Assembly: GCA_050115495.1 (NCBI GenBank)
Contig: JASFQK010000046.1
Span: 1 to 46,389 of the forward strand
Direction: 5' to 3'
DNA: 46,389 nucleotides
From: Phycisphaerae bacterium
GTDB lineage: Bacteria > Planctomycetota > Phycisphaerae > UBA1845 > Fen-1342
In this document: one piece after another, positions 1 to 9,102 of the stretch
Numbering within the stretch: the stretch's first letter is position 1
How the letters are laid out: each line of letters starts with the position of its first letter
Notes under the pieces: generated by a model
What the model saw: only the letters and a program-made list of their open reading frames with translations
Told to the model about the DNA's origin: nothing
Databases searched by the model: none
Translations under genes and position numbers: made by a program

Positions 1-225
1 CCTCGGTGAACACGGCAACGGTGCTCAGAGGACGCCGCTCGCATCGGCGAACGCCAGGACACGGCTGCCTGCACGGAACCGCACCCTCGCGGTCACTCAG
101 CGCAGCACCGGAGCGGATCTTTGACAATCAAACAGCCCCCGCCGCCTACGCGGCACCGACGCTCCCGAAGGCGAAGCCAATTCGGCGGCCCGCACTGGTG
201 GACAAGCCACCAGTGGCACCCGGCG

Positions 226-370
226 TTGACACGCCTCACCCGTCGCTGCCGCTCGGGGCTCGGACAGATGGGTGCGCTCGCGGTGATTGTTGGAATGCCC
301 CCGTTCTCGCGGCTTCTGACTTCCGGCTTGTCACTTCCTCCCGCTCGCTGCCGCTCGGGGCTCGGACAAA
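226..370. repeat. Two copies of a REP-like intergenic repeat (core cgctgccgctcggggctcggaca)
   Basis: Copies at about 240-266 and 342-368. 226-266 is the reverse complement of 14233-14273 (41 bp, one mismatch). Related copies lie at about 14277-14310 and 46090-46160. Confidence 0.8.
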
Positions 371-375
371 TCCGA

Positions 376-1878
376 CTACTTCTGCTCGATTTCCGCTTTC
401 ATCTCGCGGATCAGCGCCCACGCCGCGGCGACGTGTTCGCGGCGGGTGCGGAGGTTGCCGACGGTCATGCGCATGACGAAGCGGCCGCGGAGTTGGGTGT
501 GCGAGACGAGCACCGGGCCCGCGGCGTTGACGGCCGAGAGGAGGCGCTCGTTGAAGGCGTCCTGCTTCGCCGGTGGGAGGTCGGGTGTGGCGCGGAAGCA
601 GACCGTGCTGAACGGCACCGGGGCGATCAGCTCGAAGCCCGGCTCGGCGGCGATCCAGCTTTCGAGCTCGCGGGCGATGGCGCAGTGCTGCCGGATGCGA
701 GCCCGCAGCCCCTCCGCCCCGAACGTCCGCATGACCATCCACAGCTTCAACGCCCGGAACCGCCGGCCGAGCTGCACGCCGAGGTCCATCAGGTTCGTGA
801 CCTCGGTCTCCTTCGTGGTGAGGTAGTACGGCACGATGGAGAACGTCTCTTTGAGCAGTTCCGCGTCACGTAGCAGCAGGAGCGAGCAATCCACCGGCAC
901 GAACATCCACTTGTGCGGGTTCGTGACGATCGAGTCCGCCCGGTCGAGCCCCGGCATTTTGGCCCGCAGTTCCGGGCACATCGCCCCGACGCCGGCGTAC
1001 GCCGCATCCACGTGCAGCCACATGCCTTCGCGCTGGCAGATGTCGGCGATCGCCGGTACGGGGTCGACGCTCGTTGTCGACGTCGTGCCTACGGTGGCGA
1101 CGACGGCCATCGGTTGCCGGCCGGCGGCGCGGTCGGCACGGATGGCCGCCTCGAGCGCCGCCAGATCCATGCGGAAGGCGTCGTCGGTCGGGATCCTGCG
1201 GAGGTTGTCGAGGCCGAGGCCCAGGGCGACGGCGGCCTTGTCGATGGACGAATGCGCCTGGTCGCTGGCGTAGAGCGTCAACGGCGGCAGGTCGGTTCGG
1301 CCGGCCATGCCGCGATGGCGGATGTCGTAGTCGCCCACACGCTGCCGGGCCACGGCGAGAGCGAGGAACGAGCTCATCGAGGCGGTGTCGTTGATGTGGC
1401 CCTTGTACGTCGCCGGCAGACCCATGAGCTGCCGGAGCCAGTCGCAGGCGACGGCTTCGAGCTCGGTCGCGGCCGGCCCGGTCCGCCACAACATGGCGTT
1501 GACGTTAAGGCCGGCGGAGAGCATCTCGCCGAGGATGCCGGGCCCGGAACCGGTTACGGCAAAGTAAGCCATGAAGCCGGGGTGGTTCCAGTGCGTGGTG
1601 TTGGGCTCGATCAGCCGCTTGTAGTCGTCGAGGATTTCGCCGAGGGGTTCGGGCTGCTCGGGCGGGCCGGCGGGGAGTTGTCGGCGGACGTCGCCCGGCT
1701 GGATGCGCGGGAGGACGGGGTACTCGCCGACGTGTTCGAGGTAGTCGGCCACCATGTCCGCGGCGCGGTGCATCGCGGCCCGGAAGTCGGTGGGCGGGAT
1801 GTCGCCGAGGTGCGCGTTCGCGGACGAGTCAGTTGATGGAGTGACAGGGGGCGCCGAAGCCTGTTTGTCGCGTGTCAT
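376..1878 (-). CDS. Group II PLP-dependent amino-acid decarboxylase (aromatic-L-amino-acid decarboxylase-like)
   Basis: Motifs HWNHPGFMAYF, AHSSIDKA, GTT, LHVDAAY and NPHKW (PLP lysine). Start set at ATG 1878 (MTRDKQ); the ORF track extends to 1935. Confidence 0.9.
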   Translation of the reverse strand: MTRDKQASAPPVTPSTDSSANAHLGDIPPTDFRAAMHRAADMVADYLEHVGEYPVLPRIQPGDVRRQLPAGPPEQPEPLGEILDDYKRLIEPNTTHWNHPGFMAYFAVTGSGPGILGEMLSAGLNVNAMLWRTGPAATELEAVACDWLRQLMGLPATYKGHINDTASMSSFLALAVARQRVGDYDIRHRGMAGRTDLPPLTLYASDQAHSSIDKAAVALGLGLDNLRRIPTDDAFRMDLAALEAAIRADRAAGRQPMAVVATVGTTSTTSVDPVPAIADICQREGMWLHVDAAYAGVGAMCPELRAKMPGLDRADSIVTNPHKWMFVPVDCSLLLLRDAELLKETFSIVPYYLTTKETEVTNLMDLGVQLGRRFRALKLWMVMRTFGAEGLRARIRQHCAIARELESWIAAEPGFELIAPVPFSTVCFRATPDLPPAKQDAFNERLLSAVNAAGPVLVSHTQLRGRFVMRMTVGNLRTRREHVAAAWALIREMKAEIEQK

Positions 1879-2307
1879 TGTGTTTCTACCAGCGGAGCCA
1901 ACCCCGCTCGGCGGCAGGGCCGCGGCGGTGGGCATGCGTCGTAATGTCCGGACGCGAAAGCAGTTGCAACCAGGTTCCTTACGAGAGCGATCGTCGATTA
2001 TCCGCTGTGGCCGACGGGTCGTCCAGTGGCCCGCCGGGACCCGGTGCCGGTAACGATAGTATTGTGGTTCACTGGTTCGGGGGATTCGCGACTACTGCGG
2101 TCGTGAACTCATCGGTTCCGCCGATTGCAGTCAAGTCCACGGGCGGTCGCTTCGATTCAATAGCATGCCCGAGGTGTTTCCCGGGCGCGAGCCGCCCCAC
2201 GTGTGGGGGGTGCACGCCGGCATCGTGGACTTTGCGGACGCGTTGTCGGTGCCCTGGGGCCGCCCAGCGGTGCCCGTCGGGCATTGACTGTGAGAGAAGG
2301 TAGAGAG

Positions 2308-3405
2308 ATGGGCGCGGATGCGGAAGCGGCGGCGATCGGCGCGCCCGGCCCGGGAGAGTCACGCGACACAGACCGGGTCGCGGACGGACTGGACAGCCTG
2401 GGGGAGCAGTTCCAGGCACTCTCCAACCAGCTTGAGGGGGTCCGCACGGTTCTACATCAGCGCATGGCGGAGCTCGACGCCGCGGCGAGCGAGCTCAACG
2501 CGCGCGAGGCGCGGCTGGAGGAGAAGGAAGAGGCCCTCGGGGAACTCTCCGCCGAATTGGAGGAGCGTCAGCAGACGCTCGCCATCGTCGAGCAGGAGCG
2601 TGACGAGCTCGCCGATCGTCTGCGTGCCGCGGAGCAGGCGGCGCAGGAGCAGCAGGAGGAGTTCGCGGAGGTCCGCGACGAGCTGGAACGCGTGCACGCC
2701 GACTTGGAGCAGCGGGCCGCGATGCTTGCCGAGCAGGAGCGAGAGCTGGCCCAGCGGGAGGCGGCGGTGCAGCAGTTGCAGGAGGCGTTCACGAGCCTCT
2801 CGCAGGCGCTGGGCACCGACGGCTCCGGGCTGCCGGCCACGCCGGATCCTGAGGGGCTCGCAGCGCTGACGGCCTCGCTCGAACAGACCATCGCCGCGCG
2901 TCCGCCGGCGGATGCGGAGCCTGTTGAAGAGCATGTGGAGGACGTGACGGCCGTGGCGGATGACGAAGGGCCGCAGGCGGCTGCGCCGGCCGACGTGGCG
3001 CCAGAGGTCGCCGATGAGTCGGTCGAAGAGGTGCGGGAAGAGGCTGTTTCCGAGGTGGACGCGTCGTGCGAGCAGCCGGAACTGTCGGCGGTTGAGCTGG
3101 AAGAGCCGACGGCCGAGGTCGAAGAGCCGTTGGTCGAGCAGGTTGAGCCGACCGGTGAACCCGTGGTGGACGTGGACGACGTCGCCGGTGAGCCGCCGGC
3201 GGAGTCGGGCGAGGTCGGCGACACGGGCGGCGTCAACGAAGACGAGCTGGAGCCGGAGGAGCGGAAGAAGCTGCGGGTTCTTCGGCGGCTGACCGGTGGT
3301 CGGCAGTCCGACGCCGAGTTGCTGGCCCGCATCCGCGATGAGAAACCACTCTCGCGGGGCGGCGGGCCGGCGGATAAGCCGAAACGGCGTTGGTGGGGGG
3401 GGTAG
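2308..3405 (+). CDS. Hypothetical coiled-coil protein with acidic linker and basic/Trp C-terminal tail
   Basis: Long E/Q/L/A heptad-like region, then an E/P/V-rich low-complexity segment, ending KPKRRWWGG. ATG 2308 follows a purine-rich agaaggtagagag. Confidence 0.75.
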   Translation: MGADAEAAAIGAPGPGESRDTDRVADGLDSLGEQFQALSNQLEGVRTVLHQRMAELDAAASELNAREARLEEKEEALGELSAELEERQQTLAIVEQERDELADRLRAAEQAAQEQQEEFAEVRDELERVHADLEQRAAMLAEQERELAQREAAVQQLQEAFTSLSQALGTDGSGLPATPDPEGLAALTASLEQTIAARPPADAEPVEEHVEDVTAVADDEGPQAAAPADVAPEVADESVEEVREEAVSEVDASCEQPELSAVELEEPTAEVEEPLVEQVEPTGEPVVDVDDVAGEPPAESGEVGDTGGVNEDELEPEERKKLRVLRRLTGGRQSDAELLARIRDEKPLSRGGGPADKPKRRWWGG

Positions 3406-3482
3406 GGGGAAGAAGGGGCAGAAGAGCAGAGGAACAAAGGGGTGGAGGGGCAAAGGAGCAAAGGAGCAAAGGGGCAGAGGGG
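3405..3482. repeat. Short tandem octamer-like repeat (gcaaagga / gcagaggg)
   Basis: Purine-rich tract ggggcagaagagcagaggaacaaagg...gcaaaggagcaaaggagcaaaggggcagagggg right after the 3405 stop. Confidence 0.6.
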
Positions 3483-3636
3483 TGGCGGTTGTTTACGGTC
3501 CTGCCAACCAGGGGGTTATGAAGATCTGGCTGAATTCCAATAGGCGCCGGGCGCCGGTGGGTTAGGCTTAGTGTAGTGGCGGGTGTCCGGCGTCGGCCGC
3601 CACACGGGCGGTCCGACCGGATAACGGAGGTGCGCG

Positions 3637-4365
3637 ATGTTCGAGATGACCACGATCGCGACGATGACGCTCGGGGTGTGGCTGGTCAGCGCGTACTGGT
3701 TCTGCCTGATCCTCGGCGGCGGGCTGCTGCTGATCTCGGCGCTGGGCGGCGGAGACCACGATGCGGACGTGGACGTCGGCGCGGGTGGCGACATGGACTT
3801 CGATGCCGGCGGCGACGTGGATTTCGACGCGAGCGCCGACGTGGACTTTGACGCCGACGCTGCGGGCGGGTTCGACGTAGACGGTGCCGTTCACACAGAC
3901 GTCGTGCACGCCGGGCACATGGCCGAGGCGGCCGGGCTATCGAGCTGGTTCTCGATACGCTTCCTGGTGTTCTTCGTGGCGGCATTCGGGGCGCTGGGTG
4001 TGGTGTTCACGCACCTCACGCCGGCGGGGTCGGGGCTGACGCTGGCACTGGCGCTCGTGGGCGGAGCGGCCGTGGGGCAGGGCGTGCACCGGCTGTTCCG
4101 GCTGATTCGGCGGACGTCCGGGAACAGCGCCACGCGCGAAGGAGACTACGTGCGCAAGCTCGCCCACGTGACCGTGCGGATCGCGCCGCCGGACCCGGGC
4201 GAGGTTTCGCTGCCGGTGCGGGGCGTGCAGCGGTACGTGCCGGCGACGGCGATGGGCGGCAACGGGTTCAACCCGGGTGATGAGGTGGTGGTGGTGGACT
4301 ATCGCGCCGGCGTGGCGCAGGTGATATCGCGAGAGCAGTTTGAGCGGGAGTATCGCTCCAGCTAG
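3637..4365 (+). CDS. NfeD-like (YqiJ/YuaF-type) membrane protein, flotillin partner
   Basis: N-terminal TM, D/G-rich DVDFDAGG repeats, two more TMs, and a C-terminal OB-fold-like region (VTVRIAPPDPGEV...GDEVVVVD). GGAGG RBS; lies directly upstream of a flotillin. Confidence 0.85.
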   Translation: MFEMTTIATMTLGVWLVSAYWFCLILGGGLLLISALGGGDHDADVDVGAGGDMDFDAGGDVDFDASADVDFDADAAGGFDVDGAVHTDVVHAGHMAEAAGLSSWFSIRFLVFFVAAFGALGVVFTHLTPAGSGLTLALALVGGAAVGQGVHRLFRLIRRTSGNSATREGDYVRKLAHVTVRIAPPDPGEVSLPVRGVQRYVPATAMGGNGFNPGDEVVVVDYRAGVAQVISREQFEREYRSS

Positions 4366-4371
4366 GGAGGA

Positions 4372-5730
4372 ATGCGCATGGAGATGATTCTGGCGGCCGA
4401 GGCGTCGTGGTTGTCGGGGGGCGTGGTCATTGGCTTCGTCTTCCTCGTTTTGGCGATCATCGTGGTGGCGATCATCGCCAAGCTTATCGTCGTCGGGAAC
4501 CCGAACGAGATGCTGATCATCAGCGGCCGGCGGCAACGGGACGGTTTCGGCTACCGGACGCTGATCGGTGGAAGCACGGTCGTGATCCCGGTGCTCGAGA
4601 AGGTCTCCCGGCTGAGCCTGCGGAACATGCAGGTGGCGCTGGAGGTGAAGGCGCAATCGGGCGGCGGCAAGATGATGCCGATTTTCGTGAACGGCGTCGC
4701 CAACGTGAAGGTCTCGTCGAACCCCGCCGAGCGCGGCAACGCCGTCGAGCGCTTCCTCGGTCAGCCGATGCAGGAGCTGCAACGTGTGGCCCGCGAGACG
4801 TTGGAGGGCGGATTGCGCGCGGTGATCGGCAAGATGACGCCGGAAGAGATCGTCGAAGACCGCGACAAGTTCGTGCAGACGGTGATGCGCGAAGTGTCGG
4901 ACGACTTCCGCAAGCTGGGCCTGATCATCGACAGCGTGAACATCCAGAACGTGCACGACGAGGAGGAGTACCTGGTGTCGATCGCCCGCAAGGCACGGGC
5001 CCAGGTGCTCTCCGATGCCCGCAAGGCGGAGGCCGAGCGGGCGGCCGAGGCGGTCACCAAGGAGGCGGAGGCCAACGCCGAGGCCCGGCAGGCCAAGGCC
5101 GAGCGTGACGCGCAGGCAAGGCTGATCGAGGCGAGCTCGCACCAGCGGGCCGAGCAGGCTCGGCTGACGGCGGAGAAGGCCATCGCCGAAGCGGATAACG
5201 ATTTGCGCATCCGCAAGGCCGAGCTGGCCCGCGACGCGGCGTTGAAGGAAGCTGAGCAGCAGCAGGCGGAGGCCAAGGCGGAGCAGGCCCGGCTGGCGGC
5301 GACGGAAGTCGCCAAGGCCGTCGCCGACCGCGACGTGGCCAAGGCGACGGCGGAAGGTGCGGCGGCCAAGACGCTGGAAGAGGGCAAGGCGCGGGCCGCG
5401 GCCATCGAGCAGATCGGCAAGGCCATCAAGGCGAACCCGGACGCTCTGCAAGTCATGTTGGTCGAGATGATGCCGGACGTCGTGCGCTACCTGGCGGCGA
5501 CAGTGAAGGACGTCAGCCTGGGCAACGTGACGGTGATCGACAGCGGCAACGGCAGCGCGATGGCCGGGGCGGCGCTCGGCCGGGCGAAGGTGCTGTCGGA
5601 ATCGCTGGCCACGCTGGAGTCGGTGCTGGGCGTGGATCTGCGGCAGGTTTCGCAGCAGATCGCCAGGAACGTCGGCGGCGGGCCCGCGGTAGTCTCGCCG
5701 GTGGCGGAGGCTGGCCGCGACGCGAGCTGA
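4372..5730 (+). CDS. Flotillin-like SPFH-domain protein
   Basis: TM, PNEMLIISG, AVERFLG, ETLEGGLRAVIGKMTPEEI, KLGLIIDSVNIQNV, then an AE-rich coiled coil. Start may be 4378. Confidence 0.92.
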   Translation: MRMEMILAAEASWLSGGVVIGFVFLVLAIIVVAIIAKLIVVGNPNEMLIISGRRQRDGFGYRTLIGGSTVVIPVLEKVSRLSLRNMQVALEVKAQSGGGKMMPIFVNGVANVKVSSNPAERGNAVERFLGQPMQELQRVARETLEGGLRAVIGKMTPEEIVEDRDKFVQTVMREVSDDFRKLGLIIDSVNIQNVHDEEEYLVSIARKARAQVLSDARKAEAERAAEAVTKEAEANAEARQAKAERDAQARLIEASSHQRAEQARLTAEKAIAEADNDLRIRKAELARDAALKEAEQQQAEAKAEQARLAATEVAKAVADRDVAKATAEGAAAKTLEEGKARAAAIEQIGKAIKANPDALQVMLVEMMPDVVRYLAATVKDVSLGNVTVIDSGNGSAMAGAALGRAKVLSESLATLESVLGVDLRQVSQQIARNVGGGPAVVSPVAEAGRDAS

Positions 5731-5756
5731 CCGGTTCAGGCAAGAACGACATTGAT

Positions 5757-5795
5757 GCGGGCCCCGTTTCTCGAACGTCGGGCGACGGGGCCCGC
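5757..5795. terminator. GC-rich hairpin between convergent genes
   Basis: 11-bp inverted repeat gcgggccccgt...acggggcccgc between the stops at 5730 (+) and 5874 (-). No U-tract. Confidence 0.5.
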
Positions 5796-5873
5796 GGTGC
5801 GCGCGGCAATGAAACGGCGGTGCCGGGCCGGACGGCCGAAGCCGCCGGCCCGGCGACGTGTCCGCCCCCGCGA

Positions 5874-6440
5874 CTAATCCTCGGGAGCAGTCTCCGGGTG
5901 TTCTTCTTCGTCGTTGTCGAGCATGGGGGCCAGCAGGGTGTAGATCTCCTCCATCCGGGCTTCGTACTCCGCCTTCTGCAATTCCATCTCCGCCTGCACT
6001 TCGGGTGGCGCATCTTCGACTTGCATCGCCGCTTGGCAGAAGAAGCTGACGCGAGCCTGCACGTCCTCGCGCGTGAAGCGCTCGCGCCGGAGGGGCCAGC
6101 CCGCGGCGTCGAAAAACGTGATGGCGAACTCATCGGCGTCGGGGTTGTCCTGTTGGAAGTGGACTTCCATGAGGACGAGGCCGTCGCCGACGTGCTTCTC
6201 GCTGACCAGGTGCAGCGTGTCGACGCCGCGATGATGGAGCTGGCCGCAGAGGATCGCGTCGAGCAGCAGCGTGCGCTCGACCTGGTCGGACGCCATGAAC
6301 ACGTTCAGCCAGGCGTCGTCGACCTGGGCCTGTCGCTCCTCGTCGAGGCGGTCGACCATCGGCACGCCGAGCGGCCCGCGGCAGCCGGCGGCGAGCAGGC
6401 AGGTGAGGCAGGTGGCGGCGAGGAGAGCAGTCGATTTCAT
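5874..6440 (-). CDS. Hypothetical lipoprotein
   Basis: MKSTALLAATCLTCLLAAGC signal ending in a lipobox (LAAGC). The upstream part of the 6785 ORF overlaps the vWA gene and is not used. Confidence 0.75.
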   Translation of the reverse strand: MKSTALLAATCLTCLLAAGCRGPLGVPMVDRLDEERQAQVDDAWLNVFMASDQVERTLLLDAILCGQLHHRGVDTLHLVSEKHVGDGLVLMEVHFQQDNPDADEFAITFFDAAGWPLRRERFTREDVQARVSFFCQAAMQVEDAPPEVQAEMELQKAEYEARMEEIYTLLAPMLDNDEEEHPETAPED

Positions 6441-6503
6441 GATGGCGCGTGCTTTTCGTGGTCGGAGCGTCGATGACGCGAGAAACAGAGTTGCTCGTGT
6501 TCC

Positions 6504-6530
6504 ACGTCGGCCACGGGGGGCCGACGCTAC
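6504..6530 (-). repeat. GTAG-family REP-like palindrome
   Basis: GTAGCGTCGGCCCCCCGTGGCCGACGT on the minus strand; identical at 38400-38426 and one mismatch at 38564-38590. Confidence 0.8.
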
Positions 6531-6553
6531 ATTGAGCGTCGACGTCGTGGACG

Positions 6554-8614
6554 CTACTCGTGGACTGTTGTGTCGTAGCGGACGCCCTCGGGGACGGGGA
6601 CCGGTACGGGGACGGTTGTGCCGTGGTCGCCGGCGGTGCGGTGCGTCGAGTCGACGGCGACGAACGCCGTGTAGTCGGACATCAGGCCGAACTCGAGGGC
6701 CACGTCCCTGATAATCGCCGGCCAGTCGCGGTCGGGCTCGGTGATGCTGCGGTACGCGCAGTCGGCGATCTTGTGGCGGGCCCAAACTTCCGGCAGGCCC
6801 GCGTGCGTGTTCGCCGCGTTGCCCGGGTCGAGCGGCAGGACGATGTCCATCTCGCGGCGGCCGGCGCGGCCGCGGATGTGCGCGGTCGTCGACATCGTGC
6901 CGCGGTAGCGGGCGGTGACGATGAGCGGCCGGCCGACGAAGATGTCGGGCAGCCGCGCCGGGTAGACGTCGGCGACATCGAGCGCGCCCCAGTCGATCGT
7001 CACATCCGTCAGGGCCGCGTGGCTGACACGCTGGAAGTAGGCGTCCATGACCTTGCTCGCGTCGTCATCGAGGCTCAGGTACGCCACCGCTCCGCGGCCG
7101 GTGCGGGCCAGGCCCTCCAGCAGGTAGCGGTTCGTCGACGTGCCGATGCCGAAGCTGAAGATCCGGCTGGCACCGAGCAGGCGGTCCACCTCGGCGAAGA
7201 TCTCGGACTCGTTACCGATGTAGCCGTCGGTGAGGAACGCGACCGTACGCAGCCGGCTCTCATCGTGCGGCATCTTCAGCGCCGCCCGGATGCCTTCGAT
7301 CATCATCGTGCCGCCGCGACTGTTGAGGCTGCGCAGGTAACGCCGTCCCTTGACGATGTTCTCGCGTGTCGCCGGCAGGAGGCGCGGACCGAGCTTCGAG
7401 GCGTCGGACGAGAACCGGATGATCTGGAACGTATCGTCGAAGCGCATCTGGCCGAGGGCGTGCTCGACGGCGGCCTTGGCCTGTTCGAGCGGACGGCCGT
7501 TCATGCTGCCGGAGCAGTCGAGGACGAAGACCATTTCCATCGGCCCGCGCGGCAGCTTGCGCAGGTCGTCCGGCGGGTAGACCATCATTGTCAGGAACCC
7601 GCCGCGCTCATCCTGATGCGTGAGGACGGCGGTCTTCAACTGCCGGCCGGCGACCTTGAAGCGGAGCACGAAATCCTTGTTCGGGATCGTGTCGGCGGGG
7701 TCGAGCTGGACGACGGCCTGCGAGTCGGCGGGGCGGTTCACGGCGATCTGGTGGTTGACGCTGCGCAGGGCCTCGATGTTCACGCCGGCGTCGATGGCGA
7801 CTTCGACGCCGATGTCGTGGCCGTTGCGCTGGCCGGGGCGCAGATACTGCACCTCGGTGGATTGTCCGGATTGGCCGCCTTTACCCTTCGCGACGGCGCC
7901 GATGCCGTCGGTGGAGCCGGGCGGATTGAAGCGCGGGCCGACGACCATGGGGAAGACGAACTCGTACCAACCGTCGTCATAGGCCAGCGTGTGAAAGTAC
8001 TTGATGTTGATGTCGATGTCGTGGCCGGGCTCGATGTTGGCGACGGCCTGGGTGAAGATGTTGGGACGCTCCTGCGTGAGCAGGGCGGCGACGAAGCCCA
8101 GTTGCCGGGCTCTCTTGTAGATACGCTCGGCTTCCTCGCGCTCGCGGATGATGCCGCGAATTCGGCGGTCGCCAATGGTCATGAGGAACTCGTTGACGGC
8201 GGCGTTGGTCGGCAGCGGGAAGACGTAGACGGCCTCGATCTTTTCGTTGTACGGATTGTGGTATTGCTGCGTCACGTCGACGGTGGCGATGTAACCGGCG
8301 ATGGCGGCGTGAACGTCGGTGTGCTTCAGCGGCACGGGGACGATTTCGTCGTCGGCGATTCGGGCGCGAAGCTCGCCGGAGCCGGGGGCGGATTCGTCTG
8401 TGTCCTGCTCCTCGGGCTGGGCCTTCTGGATGACCCATAGCTCCTCGCCGGGGAGGGGCATCGTGGCCGAACGGGGGGCCCGCGCCCGGTCGTTGAGGCA
8501 GAGTGGCGTGCGGCTGCCGGCGCGTCGCGCGTGGACGGTGCAGCCCCAGAAGTACGCCGCAAGAGCCAGGGTTGTCAGCGAGAGTCCGATGAGAGTGAAC
8601 CACCGTCGATTCAC
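6554..8614 (-). CDS. VIT (vault/inter-alpha-trypsin) + vWA domain protein, exported or lipoprotein
   Basis: N-terminal hydrophobic stretch ending YFWGC. VIT motifs VTQQYHNPYNEKIEAVYVFPLP and LLTQERPNIFTQAVANI. vWA MIDAS DCSGSM...GGT...LTDG. GTG start overlaps the upstream stop (GTGA). Confidence 0.9.
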   Translation of the reverse strand: MNRRWFTLIGLSLTTLALAAYFWGCTVHARRAGSRTPLCLNDRARAPRSATMPLPGEELWVIQKAQPEEQDTDESAPGSGELRARIADDEIVPVPLKHTDVHAAIAGYIATVDVTQQYHNPYNEKIEAVYVFPLPTNAAVNEFLMTIGDRRIRGIIREREEAERIYKRARQLGFVAALLTQERPNIFTQAVANIEPGHDIDINIKYFHTLAYDDGWYEFVFPMVVGPRFNPPGSTDGIGAVAKGKGGQSGQSTEVQYLRPGQRNGHDIGVEVAIDAGVNIEALRSVNHQIAVNRPADSQAVVQLDPADTIPNKDFVLRFKVAGRQLKTAVLTHQDERGGFLTMMVYPPDDLRKLPRGPMEMVFVLDCSGSMNGRPLEQAKAAVEHALGQMRFDDTFQIIRFSSDASKLGPRLLPATRENIVKGRRYLRSLNSRGGTMMIEGIRAALKMPHDESRLRTVAFLTDGYIGNESEIFAEVDRLLGASRIFSFGIGTSTNRYLLEGLARTGRGAVAYLSLDDDASKVMDAYFQRVSHAALTDVTIDWGALDVADVYPARLPDIFVGRPLIVTARYRGTMSTTAHIRGRAGRREMDIVLPLDPGNAANTHAGLPEVWARHKIADCAYRSITEPDRDWPAIIRDVALEFGLMSDYTAFVAVDSTHRTAGDHGTTVPVPVPVPEGVRYDTTVHE

Positions 8615-9102
8615 GGTTGCGCTCCTTCTTCGATTTGGCTGGTGGCCGGGATCAGGCTGCCGTCCGCCGTGGCGGTTACGCTCAGGGCGACCACGTACTG
8701 CGGCGGCTCTCCTTCGGTCATGACGTGCACGCGGGCGACGCGCGTCCGGCCGGCGGGCAGCTCGTCGGCGGTGCTGAACGCCGCCAGGATGACGCGATCG
8801 TGCCGGAGTGCCGCGGGGTCGTAGTAGGGCGGCTCGGCGAACGCCGGGTGCTCGCCACCTTCGATGCCCACGATCTGGAAGTCGCCGGTTTCGGCGGTGA
8901 GCTCGAATTGGTAGGCGGCGAGCGGGACGTCGCCGCTGTCGAGGTACACGTCGACCCAGCCGAAGCGGGGGGCCGTGTTTGTGGCGGGGGTCGGTTCGGA
9001 AGCGGGCGGCTGGTCCGAGGGGACCTGGCCACCGGCGAGGACGAGCATGCCGGTCAGGACGGCGGTCAGGCCGAGGCGACGGATGGCGGAGCGAGCGTTC
9101 AT
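8611..9102 (-). CDS. Secreted single-domain cohesin-like beta-sandwich protein
   Basis: Signal peptide, P/T linker, then VDVYLDSGDVPLAAYQFELT...QIVGIEGG...RVILAAFS..LPAGRTRVARVHV, which resembles a cohesin strand pattern. ATG overlaps the upstream stop (ATGA). Confidence 0.7.
   Translation of the reverse strand: MNARSAIRRLGLTAVLTGMLVLAGGQVPSDQPPASEPTPATNTAPRFGWVDVYLDSGDVPLAAYQFELTAETGDFQIVGIEGGEHPAFAEPPYYDPAALRHDRVILAAFSTADELPAGRTRVARVHVMTEGEPPQYVVALSVTATADGSLIPATSQIEEGAQP

Noticed and set aside
1..375. ORFs 6..476 and 121..873, and a boxA-like gatctttgacaat at about 116-128
   Set aside because: The ORFs are low-complexity or antisense to the decarboxylase and cross repeats. No rRNA follows the boxA-like string.
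1940..2300. Possible riboswitch or ncRNA in the divergent intergenic region
   Set aside because: No recognisable conserved RNA motif by eye; a covariance-model search would be needed.
3937..8440. Long antisense ORFs (3937..5451, 6560..8440) and many similar ones elsewhere
   Set aside because: Shadow frames of high-GC genes with clear motifs on the opposite strand.
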